DNA of 64,000 nucleotides from Octopus sinensis (Eukaryota): NCBI RefSeq assembly GCF_006345805.1, contig NC_043023.1, positions 14,198,001 to 14,262,000 of the forward strand, read 5' to 3'. Shown piece by piece: positions 24,907 to 37,460 of this stretch (position 1 is its first letter; each line of letters starts with the position of its first letter). The notes under the pieces were generated by a model. It saw only the letters and a program-made list of their open reading frames with translations, ran no database searches and was not told where the DNA came from. The position numbers and the translations under genes were made by a program.

Positions 24907-25152
24907 TGTATGATGTATGTATGTATGTATGTGTATATGTTTGTGTGTCTGTGTTTGTCCCTCTAGCATTGCTTGACAACCGATGCTGGTGTGTTTACGT
25001 CCCCGTCACTTAGCAGTTCGGCAAAAGAGACCGATAGAATAGGTACTAGGTTTATTACAAAGAAAAAGTCATGAGGTCGATTTGCTCGACTAAAGGCGGT
25101 GCTCCAGCATGGCCGCAGTCAAATGACTGAAACAAGTAAAAGAGTAAAAGAG
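24681..25152 (+). mobile_element. SINE family A
   Basis: Homology to family A. Confidence 0.85.
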
Positions 25153-25603
25153 AATAGTAAGTTGACAGAATTGCTACCATGTCCATTAAGATGCTTAACG
25201 ACAACTTGTTTGTCTTTATGTTCTGAGTTCAAATTCCGTTGAGGTCGACTTTTCCTTTTGTCCTTTTAGGATCAAGAACTGAAGTGGATGTAACTGACTA
25301 GTTTGCTACCCCCAAAGTTTCAGGCCTTGAGCCTGTAGTTTTAGGGATCATTTATAGTTTTATCTACTTCGAGTTCTGAAGTTACAAACAAATTGTTTCA
25401 CGTTCTCTCGTTGTTTCGAGCAAAAATATATAAATATATAAAATACGTATAAAAAATAGGCATGGAAAGAATGTAAGTAATGAAAATACCAATAAATACC
25501 AATTAATTAATTAAATAAAAAAAAAAAAGATACGGTAAAATGAACAACATCAACAACAACAACAATAACAACAACAACAACGGCAACAACAGCAACCACA
25601 GAC

Positions 25604-25708
25604 CTGGAGGAGGATAAGGTATAATTGAGATCCACTTGTCTACGCTTCTGTTCCTGTCGAAATTCCATTAGCTCCCGAGCGAAATCATCGAAGGGATCGG
25701 ATTTCTTC
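25604..25708 (-). CDS. RBBP6: RBBP6 exon 12 (105-nt symmetric coiled-coil exon)
   Basis: Acceptor gatttcag at 25709-25710; donor AG|gtctgt at 25602-25603; (K)KKSDPFDDFARELMEFRQEQKRRQVDLNYTLSSS(R); phase 2-2. Confidence 0.88.
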
Positions 25709-26007
25709 CTGAAATCAGGAACCGACATTATAACGGACAGCCACCACCAGCACCACCACCACCACCACCATCGCCACCACCACCGCGACTTAACATCACT
25801 TACCCACCACTTGACCAAAGAGCTATACCAAGCTACTGACCAACCAACCTACCTACCAACCTACCTACCTACACGACTGCTGCTGCTGCTGCCGCCGCAG
25901 TAGCCTACACTTCAATGTACACACGCACACACACACACATGCAGTCATATCCACATACAAGCTGACCACACCCTTATAAAATATTTGCACTTGCATACCT
26001 TCATACA

Positions 26008-26068
<61 letters not shown>

Positions 26069-26454
26069 TTATATATATATATATATATTATATTATATTA
26101 AATTAGAGACAAAACCACTATTATGCAAATCAAACAATGAAAAACTTAAGCCAATACATAAGATTAATTTATATTATATAACAAAATATATAACAAAATG
26201 CAACTCAAAAATTTGAAGATGTTAGCAGGCATGAAACGATCGTAGTGTGATATTAATTATATTTTTTTAATAATTTTGTTATATATTTAAATAATATAAA
26301 TTAATCATATGTATTGGCTTAAGTTTTTCATTGTTTGATTTGCATAATAGTGGTTTTGTCTCTAATTTAATATAATATAATATTTTACTATAAAATTGGA
26401 TTCAATCCTAAATCTGATTTTTCCCTGTAAGTTTGGATTTATTCCCTAATATTT

Positions 26455-26501
<47 letters not shown>

Positions 26502-26722
26502 CTAACATATATCAATAAATATGTAAGCATATATGTATGGGTGTATGCATGCATACATATGTATATATGTATGTATATCCATGTGTATATATATGTGTAT
26601 GTGTATATATAATTATTTAAAACAGTCGGATTTGGTCCCCTGCAGCTTAGTTTCATAGCCTTACTATAGGAACCTAGCTAATTGGACTCAGGTGTGTGTG
26701 TGTGTGTGTGTGTATACATATA

Positions 26723-26753
<31 letters not shown>

Positions 26754-26758
26754 GTATA

Positions 26759-26823
<65 letters not shown>

Positions 26824-27495
26824 ATATATATATACACACATGTACACACGTGTGTGTGTTACTTGTATCTACACAGTAATAAAGAAAACTGCTTATTAAT
26901 TAGTTAGGAGTATGTAACTTTCACTAAAAGAAAGCAATTATTCAAGTCTATACTGTCAAGAAAATACATAAAAATTCCAATATATTTTTATCAAAATGTG
27001 GCTTTCCAACTTCTTTTATCACTGACTTCAACTACAGAAAACTAATTTTAACTCAATGCAAGACAATGTTCTTTCTTTCTCTCTCTCTCATACATTTAGA
27101 ACTTCAACTTGAAATCTTTTATACATTTCTGATAATTCTTTTGCAGTAGCTTGCACTCTTCATACTATCATAGTTCATATGATGAATGACAATAAAAAAA
27201 TCTGTTTTCTGTCTCGATATATCTGTAATTGTATGTTTATATCGGTTATTAATACTGAAATGTACAAAAATATATCTGTATATATGAAAGTGTGTGTGTG
27301 TGAGGGGTGCTTGTGTGTGTGAATATATATACAGAGTCGGCCAAAAAATGTATACACACTTTTTATATAGGAAAAAATCTGTATAAATATTATAATTCAG
27401 TGTTATTGCAATTTGATAAAATGATATATTCATATTTATAGGGGTACTTATACCAAGTTAAATATCTATACAAATTTTTCCTTTTCTCAAGTACA

Positions 27496-27996
27496 TACCG
27501 TAAATCCTCAAGTATAGTCCGCCCTTGAGTATAATACGCAGGGGATTTTTAGGGGACTGTACCTCTGAAAAGCCTAAACCTTGTATATAATACGCACCCC
27601 TTCTCTAACTTGAGTCAAGGAGGTCTATATAATGTCCTTGGTTTGTAAAAATGTATACGGTAACGTCCTTCATTATTATTGTATATATAACATAATGCAA
27701 ACGTGTAGCTTTTTTGTGCATTTTGTTTGCAGAAAATAAAGAAATAACAGTAATAACGTTTAATAAATGTTGCTTACTGCAAGTTATGGATGATTCTTTT
27801 ATGACTTCATTGCTTTCAGGCTTAGCTTAAGGCATTTTCGTGTCTGACATCACAAAATTTGCCGGACAGCAAATAGAGACTCGGACATTGCTTAGAAAAT
27901 AATTTTCATTTTAAACTTCGTATATAGTACGCACTAGGGATTTTGACCTTTGAATTTTGGGAAAAAAATTCAGATTATACTCAAGGATTTACGGTG
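27496..27996. mobile_element. pogo/Tigger-like MITE
   Basis: TIRs TACCGTAAATCCTCAAGTATA / TATACTCAAGGATTTACGGT; second copy at 35014-35754. Confidence 0.75.
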
Positions 27997-28892
27997 TACA
28001 TTTTTTTGCTGGACTCTATATGCATGTACATGTGTGAGAATGTATCTATACATTTATAAATATGTAAGTATGTATATAAAATAAAAATAAAAAGCACACA
28101 GTTTACGTCTGTATCAAAATACACCAGGCCAACAAGAAAGCTTTTTGATCAGTATTGAACTCCAGATAATCAGAAGTTGAAAGCTAAAGTCAAATTTATA
28201 AATCCATCATTCCAACACCCAGTTACGATAGTAGGCTTTTACAGAGTGGTATATAAAATAGAGAGAAATAATAGGTTATATACATATATTTATACATTAT
28301 AGGCTTACAGCCGTTTCAGGTATGCGTTATCAATTGATCGACTGACTGACTAACAATATAGGGAACCAGCAGCACAATGTTATCTTTCTCAAAGCCAGAC
28401 CATAACAACTGCCAACGAAAAAGAAAAGAAAAGAGGATCAAATTTGGTTAGTTTGGCATTTATACAGAACTAGGTTACCTGTTTCTAGCCATGAACACAC
28501 CCAAATGCATAACTGAAACAGCTGGAAGCCTATATAAATAAATGCATATCACCCACTATTTCTCTCTATTTTTTGTAAATATATACACATACATACATAT
28601 ATATATATATATACACACACATATACACACACACACACACACATACACATATATATACACACACACACACATATATATACACACACACACATACACACAC
28701 ATATATATATACACACACACACACACACATATATACACACACACACACATATATATACACACACACACACACTATATATATATATATAGGGAGAATTCAC
28801 AAAAAAAAAGACGAAGACAGGTGGTGTAGACAACAGGGATGAATAAGTTTAACGCTCGGGAATTGAAAAATATGGGGTGGTGTGTGTGTATG

Positions 28893-28923
<31 letters not shown>

Positions 28924-29171
28924 ATGTCTGCGTATGTGTGCATATATATATATATATGTATGTGTTTGTATGTCTGTGTGTGTGTGTGTGCATGTGTGCA
29001 TATATGTAATTTCATTATAAGAACATATTCGAAATAATTCAAGAACAGAGCAGAGTGAATTATGTGATCACAGAGTATTGCAAAGCACAATCTCTGTGGG
29101 GCTAGACATGTCGCAAAGTTCACAAAACAGGTCGCTGGATTTACTTCAGTAATTCCTCAGTCTATACATAG

Positions 29172-29525
29172 AGATGTGTTACCAGTGCCGGTGGCATGTA
29201 AGAGAACCTTCCGTTTCGCGACCGTTGCCAGCACCGCCCCGTTTCGTGTCCGTTGCCAGCCTCGCCTGGCACTTGTGCCGGTGGCACATAAAAAGCACCA
29301 TCCGTTCGTGGCCGTTTGCCAGCTCTGTCTGGCACCTGTGTGGGTGGCACGTAAAAAGCACCCACTACACTCACAGAGTGGTTGGCGTTAGGAAGGGCAT
29401 CCAGCCGTAGAAACACTGCCAGATTTGACTGGGCCTGATGAAGCCCTCTGGCTTCACAGACCCCAGTAGAACCGTCCAACCCATGCTAGCATGGAAAACG
29501 GACGCTAAACGACGATGATGATGAT
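29172..29525 (+). mobile_element. Family C (RTE-tail) copy
   Basis: Near-identical to 11403-11760. Confidence 0.85.
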
Positions 29526-29779
29526 AGGCACATGTATGTGGGTGTGTGTATACACATGTGTATGTATAGACACGTGCATTACGCAATTACTATGAGATCA
29601 TCACATCCAGAGAAATCATAATAAACACTCCAATGTTATTATACCATGCAAGCATAAAAGCAATGCATCATTCCTAGAATTTGAGAGAAAAAAACCACTT
29701 TGAAACAGAGAAACGCAAACTGCCTTTGTCAAATAACAGAACAAGAGAACATATAAATAACTAAACAAAATATCCATTA

Positions 29780-30173
29780 CTAGCAGTATCGCCCGGCGTT
29801 GCTTGGGTTTGTTTCAACCCTTTAGAATTGGAATTTTTAAAAAGTAAAAATTTTGCATTATGTAGCTTGTTATTCTCTTTAAGTGAACATTTTTCTGGTA
29901 GAAATACATCGAAAAATGGCAACACAACAGTAAAAAAAATCGTAAAAACTAGGGAATTTCAAAGAAAAAAAGCACCTTTTTGATGTAAATAATTTTTGGT
30001 GTTAACATGGTCCAATTTGAATTTTTTCTTCTATGGAAGGAAGAGCAAGCCTTCTTCTATCATACTCTCAAATTTTGGTCAACTTGCGCCACAGGGTCTC
30101 GGAGGAGATAGTGTTAGTTGAAGGCTACCAAACCTGACACACACAGACAACTTCAGCTTTATATAGAGAGAGA
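29780..30173 (-). mobile_element. Non-autonomous Helitron-like element
   Basis: Reverse-complement homologue of 46888-47280; TC...hairpin...CTAG inserted between A and T. Confidence 0.8.
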
Positions 30174-30367
30174 TTTTCTTATGCTATATGCTAAACCAGG
30201 CCTGGCCAACTTGAATTACATTGCAGGCCACTTTAATCATAGAAAGATTTTTGAGGGGTTACTTCTATACTGACATAATTGAAAGCATTTTGCTTTCTCA
30301 TGCTATTATCACAATAATGAGTGAATGATGATTGATTCAACATGAAATATTATCGTTGCAAAAACAA

Positions 30368-30575
30368 TACTCTTTACTCTTTTACTTGTTTCAGTCATTT
30401 GACTGTGGCCATGCTGGAGCACCGCCCTTAGACGAGCAAATCGACCACAGGACTTATTTTTTGTAAGCCTAGTACTTAGTCTATTGGGCTGTTTTGCCAA
30501 ACCGCTAAGTTATGGGGACGTAAACACACCAGCATCGGTTGTCAAGCGATGTTGGGGGGACAAACATATACACAC
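30368..30575 (-). mobile_element. SINE family A, 3' half
   Basis: Homology to family A. Confidence 0.8.
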
Positions 30576-30582
30576 ACATGCA

Positions 30583-31690
30583 CATCATCATCATCATCAT
30601 CATTTAACGTCCGCTTTCCATGCTAGCATGGGTTGGACGGTTCAACTGGGGTCTGGGGAGCCCGAAAGCTGCACCAGTCCAGTCAGATCTGGCAGTGTTT
30701 CTACAGCTGGATGCCCTTCCTAACGCCAACCACTCCGAGAGTGTAGTGGGTGATTTTATGTGCCACCGACACAGGTGCCAGACGAGGCTGGCAAACGGCC
30801 ACGCTCGGATGGTGTTTTTTTATGTGCCACCGACACAGGTGCCAGACGAGGCTGGCAGACGGCCACGCTCGGATGGTGTTTTTATGTGCCACCGACACAG
30901 GTGCCAGATGAGGCTGGCAAACGGCCACGATCGGATGGTGCTTGTTACGTGCCCACAGCACGGAGGCCAGTCGATGCGGTACTGGCTACGGCCACGTTCG
31001 GATGGTTTTATTGTGTGCCACGTGCCACCGGCACTGGTACCACAAAGATACAAATTCCATTGATGTTCATCTATTTTGATTTGTTTTGATTTGATTTTCA
31101 CTTGCCTCAACAGGTCTTCACAAGTGTCACAAGAAGGAAGGTATGCACAGGTGGACTGACTACGTCCCAGGTAGGGGCCATGGGTTATGGCCTGACTAGT
31201 CTTGCCGGGTCTTCGGATGGTGTTTTTATGTGCCACCGACACAGGTGCTAGATGAGGCTGGCGAACGGCCACGATCGGATGGTGTTTGTCATGTGCCCAC
31301 CGCACTGACTACAGCACTGATGGATTTCTTGTGTGCCACAGGCACTGGTGCCACAAGATACAAATTCCATTGATGTTCATCTATTTTGTCTATTTTGATT
31401 TGATTTGATTTGATTTTCACTTGCCTCAACCGGTCTTCACAAGTGTCGCAAGAAGGAAGGTATGCACAGGTGGACTGACTAGTCTTGCCGGGTCTTCGGA
31501 AGGTGTTTTTATGTGCCACCGACACAGGTGCCAGATGAGGCTGGCGAACGGCCATGATCGGATGGTGTTTGTTACGTGCCCACAGCACGGAGGCCGGTCG
31601 ATGCGGAACTGGCTACGGCCACGTTCGGACGGTTCTCATGTGTGCCACCGGCACTGGTACCACAAAGTGTGTGCCACCGGCACTGGTACC
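30583..31690 (-). mobile_element. Extended RTE 3' UTR (family C) with internal tandem repeats
   Basis: Repeated tgtgccaccgacacaggtgccaga units; cttcacaagt...gaaggtatgca blocks homologous to 11205-11300. Confidence 0.8.
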
Positions 31691-31709
31691 ACAAAGATAT
31701 ATATATATA

Positions 31710-31755
<46 letters not shown>

Positions 31756-31923
31756 CATCGTGATGTATATTTACCATTTAAATATGGCTAACCACTGAGG
31801 GTGGATGCTACTGTAGCTTGTAGCCCCAGGAGGACAACTCCTCCAGCTGGCTACTGACACACTTTCTGTGCCCTATCAGTATTTGCAAAGGGAAGCCATC
31901 CTTCCCGTCTTCAACCTATGATA

Positions 31924-31968
31924 CACACGGACTCGAGTTTCCGGATACTGACCCGTCATCGGCGTGTG
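31924..31968 (-). ncRNA. Well-formed minimal type I hammerhead motif (CCGAUGA core) at the tip of a 134-nt rod
   Basis: CACACG-CCGAUGA-CGGG ucagua UCCG-GAAA-C UCGA GUC-CGUGUG; palindromic stem III ACUCGAGU. Confidence 0.7.
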
Positions 31969-32373
31969 ACAATCACAGTTGTCGATGAAAAGTAAGTTCC
32001 CTTCGCAAATACCTATCCTTTTTCCAGTATCGTACAGACACTGATATCGAAAAAGTGTAAACAAGCAATAATAAGATTTATTATATATATACATACATAC
32101 ATACATACATATTCACACACACACACACACACACACACAATCTGTCTATATATTAGTATAATAAAATAACAAATGGACAGGCGGTTGCTAATGGCATCAA
32201 AGCATTTATAAAATTGTTATATAGAGGCAAGTATAAAATATAAACATTGGATAGAAAAATAGAAAAAAAATCAAGAAAGCAAAAGTTCATAGTAATACTT
32301 CTAGGTATATATCCTGAAAATTCATTCTCCTATACCATAGTATATACACCTTATGTGTGTGTGTGTATGTGTG

Positions 32374-32407
<34 letters not shown>

Positions 32408-32695
32408 AATTATGTATATATCTCTCTCTCTCTCTCAATATATATATATACACACACACACACATGTACACATGCATTCATGCAACTGTGAATGTATGTA
32501 TATGTATGTATGTATACACACAGACAGACACACTAACACACACACAAACACACAGAGGGAGAGAAATACATACACATATGCTCTGCCTGATCCAGAAATT
32601 GAACCTACAACCACATGCTCATGTACTTTCCATTCTAACCAATAAGCTACATGCCTTCACATGAAAAATAAAGTAAAAGGACAAAGATAACTAGG

Positions 32696-32755
<60 letters not shown>

Positions 32756-32862
32756 TCGGGGTGAGTACTTGATAATTATAAGCACCTGTGTATACCGTTT
32801 GGTGGTGTAGGTGGTGGAGTAAATTGATCAAAATAAAATAAAAACATGATGCGAAGGATTCA

Positions 32863-32940
32863 GCGGTACATATGTTTCGGGCCTTTATTAGACAGATTTA
32901 TAACAATGCATAATGTATGTCTGTGGCCTTCTTCAGCCGC
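32863..32940 (-). ncRNA. Minimal hammerhead motif, left-arm copy (sense to RBBP6)
   Basis: GCGG-CUGAAGA-AGGCC...GGCCC-GAAA-C AUAU GUA-CCGC; palindrome ACAUAUGU. Confidence 0.72.
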
Positions 32941-34357
32941 GCACAACAGCTTCCACAAGGACATGTGTTACATCAAAAATTCTTGGTTGGGAATGCAAAT
33001 CCTCTCATTCGCGTACGACATAATGCGACAGCAGCATAGAATTGAAGCGTCCATCTCTTTCTTCTCTCAATGTAGAATGAGGAAAACTGGATGTTGAGGT
33101 AATGTAAATAAATAAATACATATATAGACGTGAAGATGGAGGGGCGAGAATTCGGGACCAGGGATAAAAAATGTATAAAAGGTGTAAGTATAGAAAAATA
33201 TAAAAATGTAGAGCATAAAGATATAAAGAGTTATAAGGAGATGTAAAGGGGGTATAAAGAATATAAAGAAATATAAAGAAATATAAATAAATGTAAAGGC
33301 ATAAGGTTATAAAGTAAAAATAGAAATAGAAATAAAAGTAAAAAAACATGATAAAAACATGATAAAAATGTAAAAGAATGTAAAGATAAGGGATGTATAG
33401 AGGTTACGGACCAAGCATGGTGGTCAGGAGATTGATAAAATTTAGTTGTAGAATTGTCAGTAAATCAACAGTTTCGTCTGGGGACCTAATGCGTTGTAAA
33501 TCAGAGCTGATGAGCATTTAATCTGGTTCCTTGAATTAAATGGACTTCTAGTACATACATATCATCATGGATACATACACCCACATACCCGCGTACATAT
33601 ACGCCTCCAAGCCTATAAGCATACACACGCACTCGCGTGTAAACATGTACATAAACACACACGCACCCACACGCACGCGCGTACACATACATACATACAA
33701 CAGAATATCCGCATGTATACACGGACACTATACGCGTACACACTCACATGTACATACGCGCGTTTAAGGAACCAGATTAAATGCTCATCAGCTCTGATTT
33801 ACAACGCATTAGGTCCCCAGACGAAACTGTTGATTTACTGACAATTCTACAACTAAATTTTATCAATCTCCTGACCACCATGCTTGGTCCGTAACCTCTA
33901 TACATCCCTTATCTTTACATTCTTTTACATTTTTATCATGTTTTTATCATGTTTTTTTACTTTTATTTCTATTTCTATTTTTACTTTATAACCTTATGCC
34001 TTTACATTTATTTATATTTCTTTATATTTCTTTATATTCTTTATACCCCCTTTACATCTCCTTATAACTCTTTATATCTTTATGCTCTACATTTTTATAT
34101 TTTTCTATACTTACACCTTTTATACATTTTTTATCCCTGGTCCCGAATTCTCGCCCCTCCATCTTCACGTCTATATATGTATTTATTTATTTACATTACC
34201 TCAACATCCAGTTTTCCTCATTCTACATTGAGAGAAGAAAGAGATGGACGCTTCAATTCTATGCTGCTGCCGCATTATGTCGTACGCGAATGAGAGGATT
34301 TGCATCCCCAACCAAGAATTTTTGATGTAACACATGTCCTTGTGGAAGCTGTTGTGC

Positions 34358-34435
34358 GCGGCTGAAGAAGGCCACAGACATACATTATGCATTGTTATAA
34401 ATCTGTCTAATAAAGGCCCGAAACATATGTACCGC
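34358..34435 (+). ncRNA. Minimal hammerhead motif, right-arm copy
   Basis: CUGAAGA 34362-34368; GAAA 34420-34423; GUA 34429-34431; stem I GCGG/CCGC. Confidence 0.72.
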
Positions 34436-34494
34436 TGAATCCTTCGCATCATGTTTTTATTTTATTTTGATCAATTTATATATATGTATGTATA

Positions 34495-34567
<73 letters not shown>

Positions 34568-35013
34568 GGTGTGATGGCCATATTTGGATCCACTATCAAG
34601 AGTCCCATTTGGGAGGGCTGACTCAGGGATAAACGACGATAAGTGTAACATGACTTATCTGCCATCGTTCAGAACAATACTTCTCATCCAGGGTCCATAT
34701 AATATTTTTTGGGGGGGGGAGGAGGTTCCCATATCAAAATAGTAAATTGAGGAACCACAGTAGAATTCTCTTTTAGATGGATGTATTGGAATGTATTGCA
34801 AGAAACAGCAAGGTTCCTTTATCTAATGTCTTATATAATGTAACCCTACACAAGTTAATGTTTGAAAAACAAAACAAGAATTTTGAAAGAAAATGGCTTT
34901 AGGGTCGACCAGAATAAAATAATAACCAAACAGTCCATGCAAGCAAAATAGAAGTTGGGAATCTATGCTGGTATTTATTTTAAGGACCCCGTGAAAAAAT
35001 TTTGCTTTAGATG

Positions 35014-35754
35014 TACCGTAAATCTTCGAGTATAGTCCGCCCTTGAGTATAATACGCAGGGGATGTTTAGGGGGCTGTACCTCTGAAAAACCTAAACCTT
35101 GTATATAATGCGCACCCCTTCTCTAACTTGAGTCAAGGAGGTCTATATAACGTCCTTGGTTTGTAAAAATGTATACGGTAACATCCTTTCTTATTATTGT
35201 ATATATAACATAATGCAAACGTGTAGCTTTTTTGTGCATTTTGTTTGCAGAAAATAAAGAAATAACAGTAATAACGTTTAATACAGATTTTTAGGGGGTT
35301 GTACCTCTGAAAAACCTAAGCCTTGTGTATAATACGCACCCCTTCTCTAATTTGAGTCAAGGAGGTCTACATAACGTCCTTGGTTTGTAAAAATGTATAT
35401 GGTAACGTCCTTTATTATTATTGTATATATAACATAATGCAAACGTGTAGCTTTTTTGTGCATTTTGTTTGCAGAAAATAAAGAAATAACAGTAATAACG
35501 TTTAATAAATGTTGCTTACTGCAAGTTATGGATGATTCTTTTATGACTTCATTGCTTTCAGGCTTAGCTTAAGGCATTTTCGCGCCCGACATCACAAAAT
35601 GCGTCTGAATAAACATTGCCAGAGAGCAAATAGGGACTCGGACATTGCTTAGAAAATATTTTTCATTTTTAACCTCGTATATAGTACGCAGTAGGGATTT
35701 TGATCTTTAAATTTGGGGGAAAAAAATGTGGATTATACTTGAGGATTTACAGTA
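35014..35754. mobile_element. pogo/Tigger-like MITE with an internal tandem duplication
   Basis: Homologous to 27496-27996; about 230 bp duplicated from 35287. Confidence 0.75.
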
Positions 35755-36243
35755 GGTTTCTTTCTCTAACATTTTTCATAGTTCAACCTACACAAGTTAA
35801 TGTGTGAACAACAAAATAGGAATTTTGAAAGAAGTTTCTATAAAACTAGTTTTAAACATCAAATGACTACAGGGATCCACCAGAACAAAATAGTAATCTA
35901 AGAAAAAGGATTAGGACTCTATGGTAGTATATTAAGGGTCCATGAAAAAATTTTGCTTTAGATTTATTGCAAGAAACAGCTAGGTTCCTACACGTGTGAA
36001 TGTATGAAAATCAAAATAGGAATTTTGAAAGAAGTTTCTATAAAACTAGTTTGTAAACAACAAATGGCTCTGGGGTCCACTAGAATAACATAGTAATCAA
36101 ACGGGGTCCATAGATAAAAAAAAAAAAGGTTGAGAACCTCGGAGTTAGAACCATGCAATGCCATTAAATCACACACACACCTCATCCACAGCAAGCCACC
36201 ACAAAGTTGCAACACCACTCCATGCTGACACCACGTCCCTATA

Positions 36244-36478
36244 CCTATTTCTTTACTACCCACAAGGGGCCAAACACAGAGGGGACAAACAAGGACAGAC
36301 AAACGGATTAAGTCGATTATATCAACCCCAGTGCGTAACTGGTACTTAATTTATCGACCCCGAAAGGATGAAAGGCAAAGTCGACCTCGGCGAAATTTGA
36401 ACCCAGAACCTAATGGTAGACAAAATACCGCTAAGCATTTCACCCAGCTTGCTAACGTTTCTGCCAGCTCGCCGCCTT
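36244..36478 (-). mobile_element. SINE family B, full length
   Basis: Head ggcggcgagctggcag at 36478. Confidence 0.85.
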
Positions 36479-36785
36479 GCCACATCCCCATACCATCATC
36501 TCAACACACAAACACCCTACCACTACAATCACACTGCCGCTACTACTAGCCATTGCACTATTACGACACTACTATGGGCCACACGACCACACCAACATAC
36601 CACTGACACTGCTCCATGCATGCTACCACCAACACACTGTCACACCACCATCATAATCTCACTACAAATGACAGCGCTCCATACCACCCTCTTCGTCATA
36701 TGGCCACACCTCACGATACCACCCTCGGTATCGCACCACCACGCCACACCACACAATAATAATAATGCTTTAAATACCAACTTAC

Positions 36786-36957
36786 TTATCCTCTTCAATC
36801 AGTCGCTGTTTCTCCCGGTAAAACTCCTCCGGTGTCAAAGGTCGTGGCCCCGTGGGCACTGAGCGGATCTGGTAGAGTCGCGGTCCAGCACTGTACGGAG
36901 CTATAGGCGGCGCTATGAAACCAGACGGGGGTGGCATCACTGGTCCTGTAGACACAC
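36786..36957 (-). CDS. RBBP6: RBBP6 exon 11
   Basis: Acceptor cccattaccag; donor AA|gtaagt; 172 nt, phase 1-2; VSTGPVMPPPSG...PLTPEEFYREKQRLIEED(K). EEFYRE..RL is typical of RBBP6. Not in the ORF track in this frame. Confidence 0.92.
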
Positions 36958-37054
36958 CTGGTAATGGGAGAAGAAATTGAGACAGTCAGTGGAGGTTTGA
37001 GAGAAAGAGAAGGGGGGAGTACATAAAAGGGGACAAAGGGAAAGAGGTGGTAGA

Positions 37055-37460
37055 GCAAAATTCAAATTCAAATTCAATTTTTATTGGCTCAAAAAGCAAA
37101 AGCAAGGCCATGTAGGGGGACAGGGAGTTATGTACAGGGAGGGTGGTCATACAAAGAGTTCAGGCCATTTCTGGTCAGAGAAGACTTTCAACCGAGCGGT
37201 CGTCGGCATCTTCACTATCTCGTCCGGCAGCTTATTCCACGGATCCGCAACCCGGACGGAGAAAGCCCCTCTCCTTCGATTGAGATGAAATCGTCATAGA
37301 TAGAGCTTTTCGGAGTGACCCCGCAGCCCACGCTCTGGAGCAGGAGTGAAGAACAGCTCTTTCGAGAGGTTACACTTTCTGCTTATGATGTTGTGAGCGA
37401 GAATGAGATCACCACAGGGGTGTCGTTTTTCTAGAGAATAAAGGTCGAGCGTCTTCAGCC
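37055..37460 (-). mobile_element. CR1-type LINE 3' fragment with (TTTGAA)n tail
   Basis: EKR...GDLI...RGHSEKLY..RFHLNRRRGAFSVRVADPWNKLP. Confidence 0.85.

Larger units (their letters stand above)
32820..34478. repeat. Near-perfect inverted repeat: 713-bp arms (32820-33532 and 33766-34478) with a 233-bp spacer
   Basis: Mirror-image ORFs in the track; two mismatches found by eye (32992/34306 and 33028/34270). Confidence 0.97.

Noticed and set aside
25730-25900. Plus-strand Pro-rich frame (HYNGQPPPAPPPP...) and possible minus-strand micro-exon near 25870-25905
   Set aside because: No start codon or splice support; explained by (CCA)n and (CAG)n repeats
26590-26690. GAAAC with CCUG/CAGG flanks on -
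   Set aside because: Core unrecognisable and no NUH
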